Positions 16,131-17,853 of a stretch of DNA of 17,853 bases are shown here, piece after piece; position 1 is the first letter of the stretch, and each line of letters starts with the position of its first letter. The stretch spans positions 1 through 17,853 of the forward strand of contig JACRKZ010000115.1 in NCBI GenBank assembly GCA_016235455.1. The letters are read 5' to 3'. The stretch comes from Armatimonadota bacterium. GTDB taxonomy: Bacteria; Armatimonadota; UBA10988. Made by a program: the position numbers and the translations under genes. Under the pieces are notes generated by a model, which saw nothing but the letters and a program-made list of their open reading frames with translations, had not been told where the DNA came from and searched no databases.

Positions 16131-17663
16131 ATGCAACTGAACCTGGCCGAATATCGCGACAAAGTCCTGGGCTGCTGGCTCGGCAAGAACATCGGTGGCA
16201 CGCTGGGCGCGCCGTTCGAGTGCCGGCGCGGTGTGTTCGACGTGGACTTCTACACCCAGGAGACCCACGGCGAGCCACTGCCCAACGACGACCTGGACCT
16301 GCAACTGGTCTGGCTCAACGCCGCCGAGAAGCACGGCCGCGGCGTCACCGGGTCGATCCTCGGCGAGTACTGGCTGATGTACATCACGCCCAACTGGGGC
16401 GAGTATGGCGCGGGCAAGAACAACCTCGTCGCCGGCCTCATCCCGCCGCTGTCGGGCTATGTCAACAATGTCTACCGCGATAGCTGCGGCGCGTTCATCC
16501 TCTCGGAGATCTGGGCCTGCCTGGCGCCCGGCCATCCCGAAGTAGCCGTGCGCTATGCGTTCGAAGACTCCACGGTCAACCACAGCAACGAAGGTGTCTA
16601 CGCCGAGACCTTCTGCGCTGCCGTGCAGAGCGCGGCCTTCGCCGAGACCGACGCGCGCGCGCTCATCGCCATCGGCCTGTCGTTCATTCCCACCGACTGC
16701 GGTGTGGCCAAGGCGGTCCACACCGTGCTCGACGCCTACGACGGCGGCCGGACCTGGCAGGAGGCGCGCAAGCTCGTGCTCCAGGCGGTGCCGGCCACCT
16801 TCGGCCTGTTGGGCACGCCGCGCGAGCAGGTGCCGGCCGACGAGCCCGAAGGCGCCATGGGCTACGACGCGCCGAGCAACATCGGCATCATCCTCATCGG
16901 CTGGCTGTACGGCGAAGGCGACTTCGGCCGCAGCATCTGCCTGGCCACCAACTGCGGCGAGGACGCGGACTGCACCGCCGGCACGCTCGGCGCCATCCTG
17001 GGCATCATCGGCGGCGCCTCGGCCCTGCCCGACAAATGGCTGGCGCCCATCGGCCGCAACATCAAGACCATCTGCCTCAACCGCGGCGACCAGGGCATGA
17101 AGTGGCCCAACACCGTGGACGAGATGACCGAACGCGTGCTGCACCTGACTCCGCGGTTCCTGGGCAGCGACTGGGTCGATGTGGTCAACACCACCGCCGG
17201 CTACACCATCCGCTGCCACGAGGGCGACGGGCTGGTCAACCGCCGCCGCCGCCGCAACGCGTTTGTCGAGACCGACTACCTGGACCATCTGGCGCGCCAG
17301 CCGTTCACCGTCAGCCACGACTTCACGTTGTTCACCACGCGTTTGGAGTATGGCGCCGAGCCGCTGATCCGCGCCGGCCAGCCGCTCACACTGCGCGTGA
17401 CCATCGAGAACCAGTTCTTCCGCCAGCAGTGGCTCAATCTGCGCTGGCACCTGCCCGCGGGCTTCCGCGTCAGCCCCGGCCCAGCGGTCAGCGCGCCGCT
17501 GGAGCAGTACCACTGCAATGTGGGCAGCACGACGCTCGAGTTCGAGATCGTGGTCGACGAGCTGACCGAGCCGCGCTATGACCTGGTGCTGCAGATCTCG
17601 TCGGTCGGGCATCATACGCAAGGGCTGATCCCGGTGGTGCTGTTGACGGCTGGGCGGAGCTGA
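16131..17663 (+). CDS. ADP-ribosylglycohydrolase (DraG/ARH) family protein with C-terminal extension (510 aa)
   Basis: RBS GAGGA before ATG 16131. Motifs YRDKVLGCWLGKNIGGTLGAPFE, PNDDLD and the metal-binding GEDADCTAGTLGAILG. The last roughly 130 aa are beta-rich. Confidence 0.9.
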   Translation: MQLNLAEYRDKVLGCWLGKNIGGTLGAPFECRRGVFDVDFYTQETHGEPLPNDDLDLQLVWLNAAEKHGRGVTGSILGEYWLMYITPNWGEYGAGKNNLVAGLIPPLSGYVNNVYRDSCGAFILSEIWACLAPGHPEVAVRYAFEDSTVNHSNEGVYAETFCAAVQSAAFAETDARALIAIGLSFIPTDCGVAKAVHTVLDAYDGGRTWQEARKLVLQAVPATFGLLGTPREQVPADEPEGAMGYDAPSNIGIILIGWLYGEGDFGRSICLATNCGEDADCTAGTLGAILGIIGGASALPDKWLAPIGRNIKTICLNRGDQGMKWPNTVDEMTERVLHLTPRFLGSDWVDVVNTTAGYTIRCHEGDGLVNRRRRRNAFVETDYLDHLARQPFTVSHDFTLFTTRLEYGAEPLIRAGQPLTLRVTIENQFFRQQWLNLRWHLPAGFRVSPGPAVSAPLEQYHCNVGSTTLEFEIVVDELTEPRYDLVLQISSVGHHTQGLIPVVLLTAGRS

Positions 17664-17676
17664 GCCGGAACAGGAT

Positions 17677-17853
17677 ATGAGTCTGATGCGCTGGCTGACA
17701 CGACTGCTGGGCTTCCTGCTCTTCGCGCTCGCGCCAGCCAGCGCCGCCACACCGGACGAACAAGCTGCCGCGGCCCTGGCCGGCCGCGTGCTGGGTCCGG
17801 CCGCGGCGGGTTTCGTGTTCGAGCAGCGGCCGGCCGACGGCGGCCGCGATACC
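17677..17853 (+). CDS. 5' fragment of a secreted protein, probably alpha-N-acetylglucosaminidase (GH89) N-terminal domain; runs off the window
   Basis: Translated by hand (not in the ORF track): MSLMRWLTRLLGFLLFALAPASAATPDEQAAAALAGRVLGPAAAGFVFEQRPADGGRDT. A signal peptide is followed by an A..L..RVL....F..E......RD pattern like NAGLU N-termini. Alternative start is the ATG at 17686. Confidence 0.55.
   Translation, partial: MSLMRWLTRLLGFLLFALAPASAATPDEQAAAALAGRVLGPAAAGFVFEQRPADGGRDT

Noticed and set aside
14934-17750. Apparent mutually overlapping 938-aa and 883-aa ORFs (possible fusion or bidirectional coding)
   Set aside because: Each consists of a real gene plus the stop-free antisense shadow of its divergent neighbour. 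Family homology starts at 16022 (-) and 16131 (+), each with an RBS.
1-17853. tRNA, rRNA, riboswitches and intrinsic terminators
   Set aside because: No cloverleaf or rRNA-like segment was recognised, intergenic gaps are short, and no stem with a convincing U-tract was seen. A covariance-model search was not possible.

Overview
High-GC bacterial window; the gene style suggests a carbohydrate-degrading lineage such as Armatimonadota or PVC (inference only). Most of it encodes large, often secreted, glycan-active or uncharacterised proteins: an FlgD-Ig/beta-propeller/CBM9-like protein, a BNR/sialidase-like protein, an alpha-helical protein with an F5/8 domain, a GH129/DUF5696-like hydrolase, and a pectate_lyase_3-like beta-helix protein. 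It also holds a Methyltransf_24-like methyltransferase, a URO-D family protein, an ADP-ribosylglycohydrolase-family protein and the start of a probable GH89. Two accessory inserts stand out. (1) A 548-bp, lower-GC cassette (3713-4260) carries one GxxExxY PD-(D/E)XK-like gene between mirror-symmetric ends built from 9-nt NNCACAGAG units. It has perfect 30-bp terminal inverted repeats, and one inner repeat fills the spacer of the gene's predicted promoter. It looks like a minimal non-canonical mobile element. (2) A frameshifted rhuM-family gene carries a perfect, codon-atypical palindrome inside its coding sequence and an apparent microhomology-mediated deletion. All product calls come from motif recognition; no database search was run.
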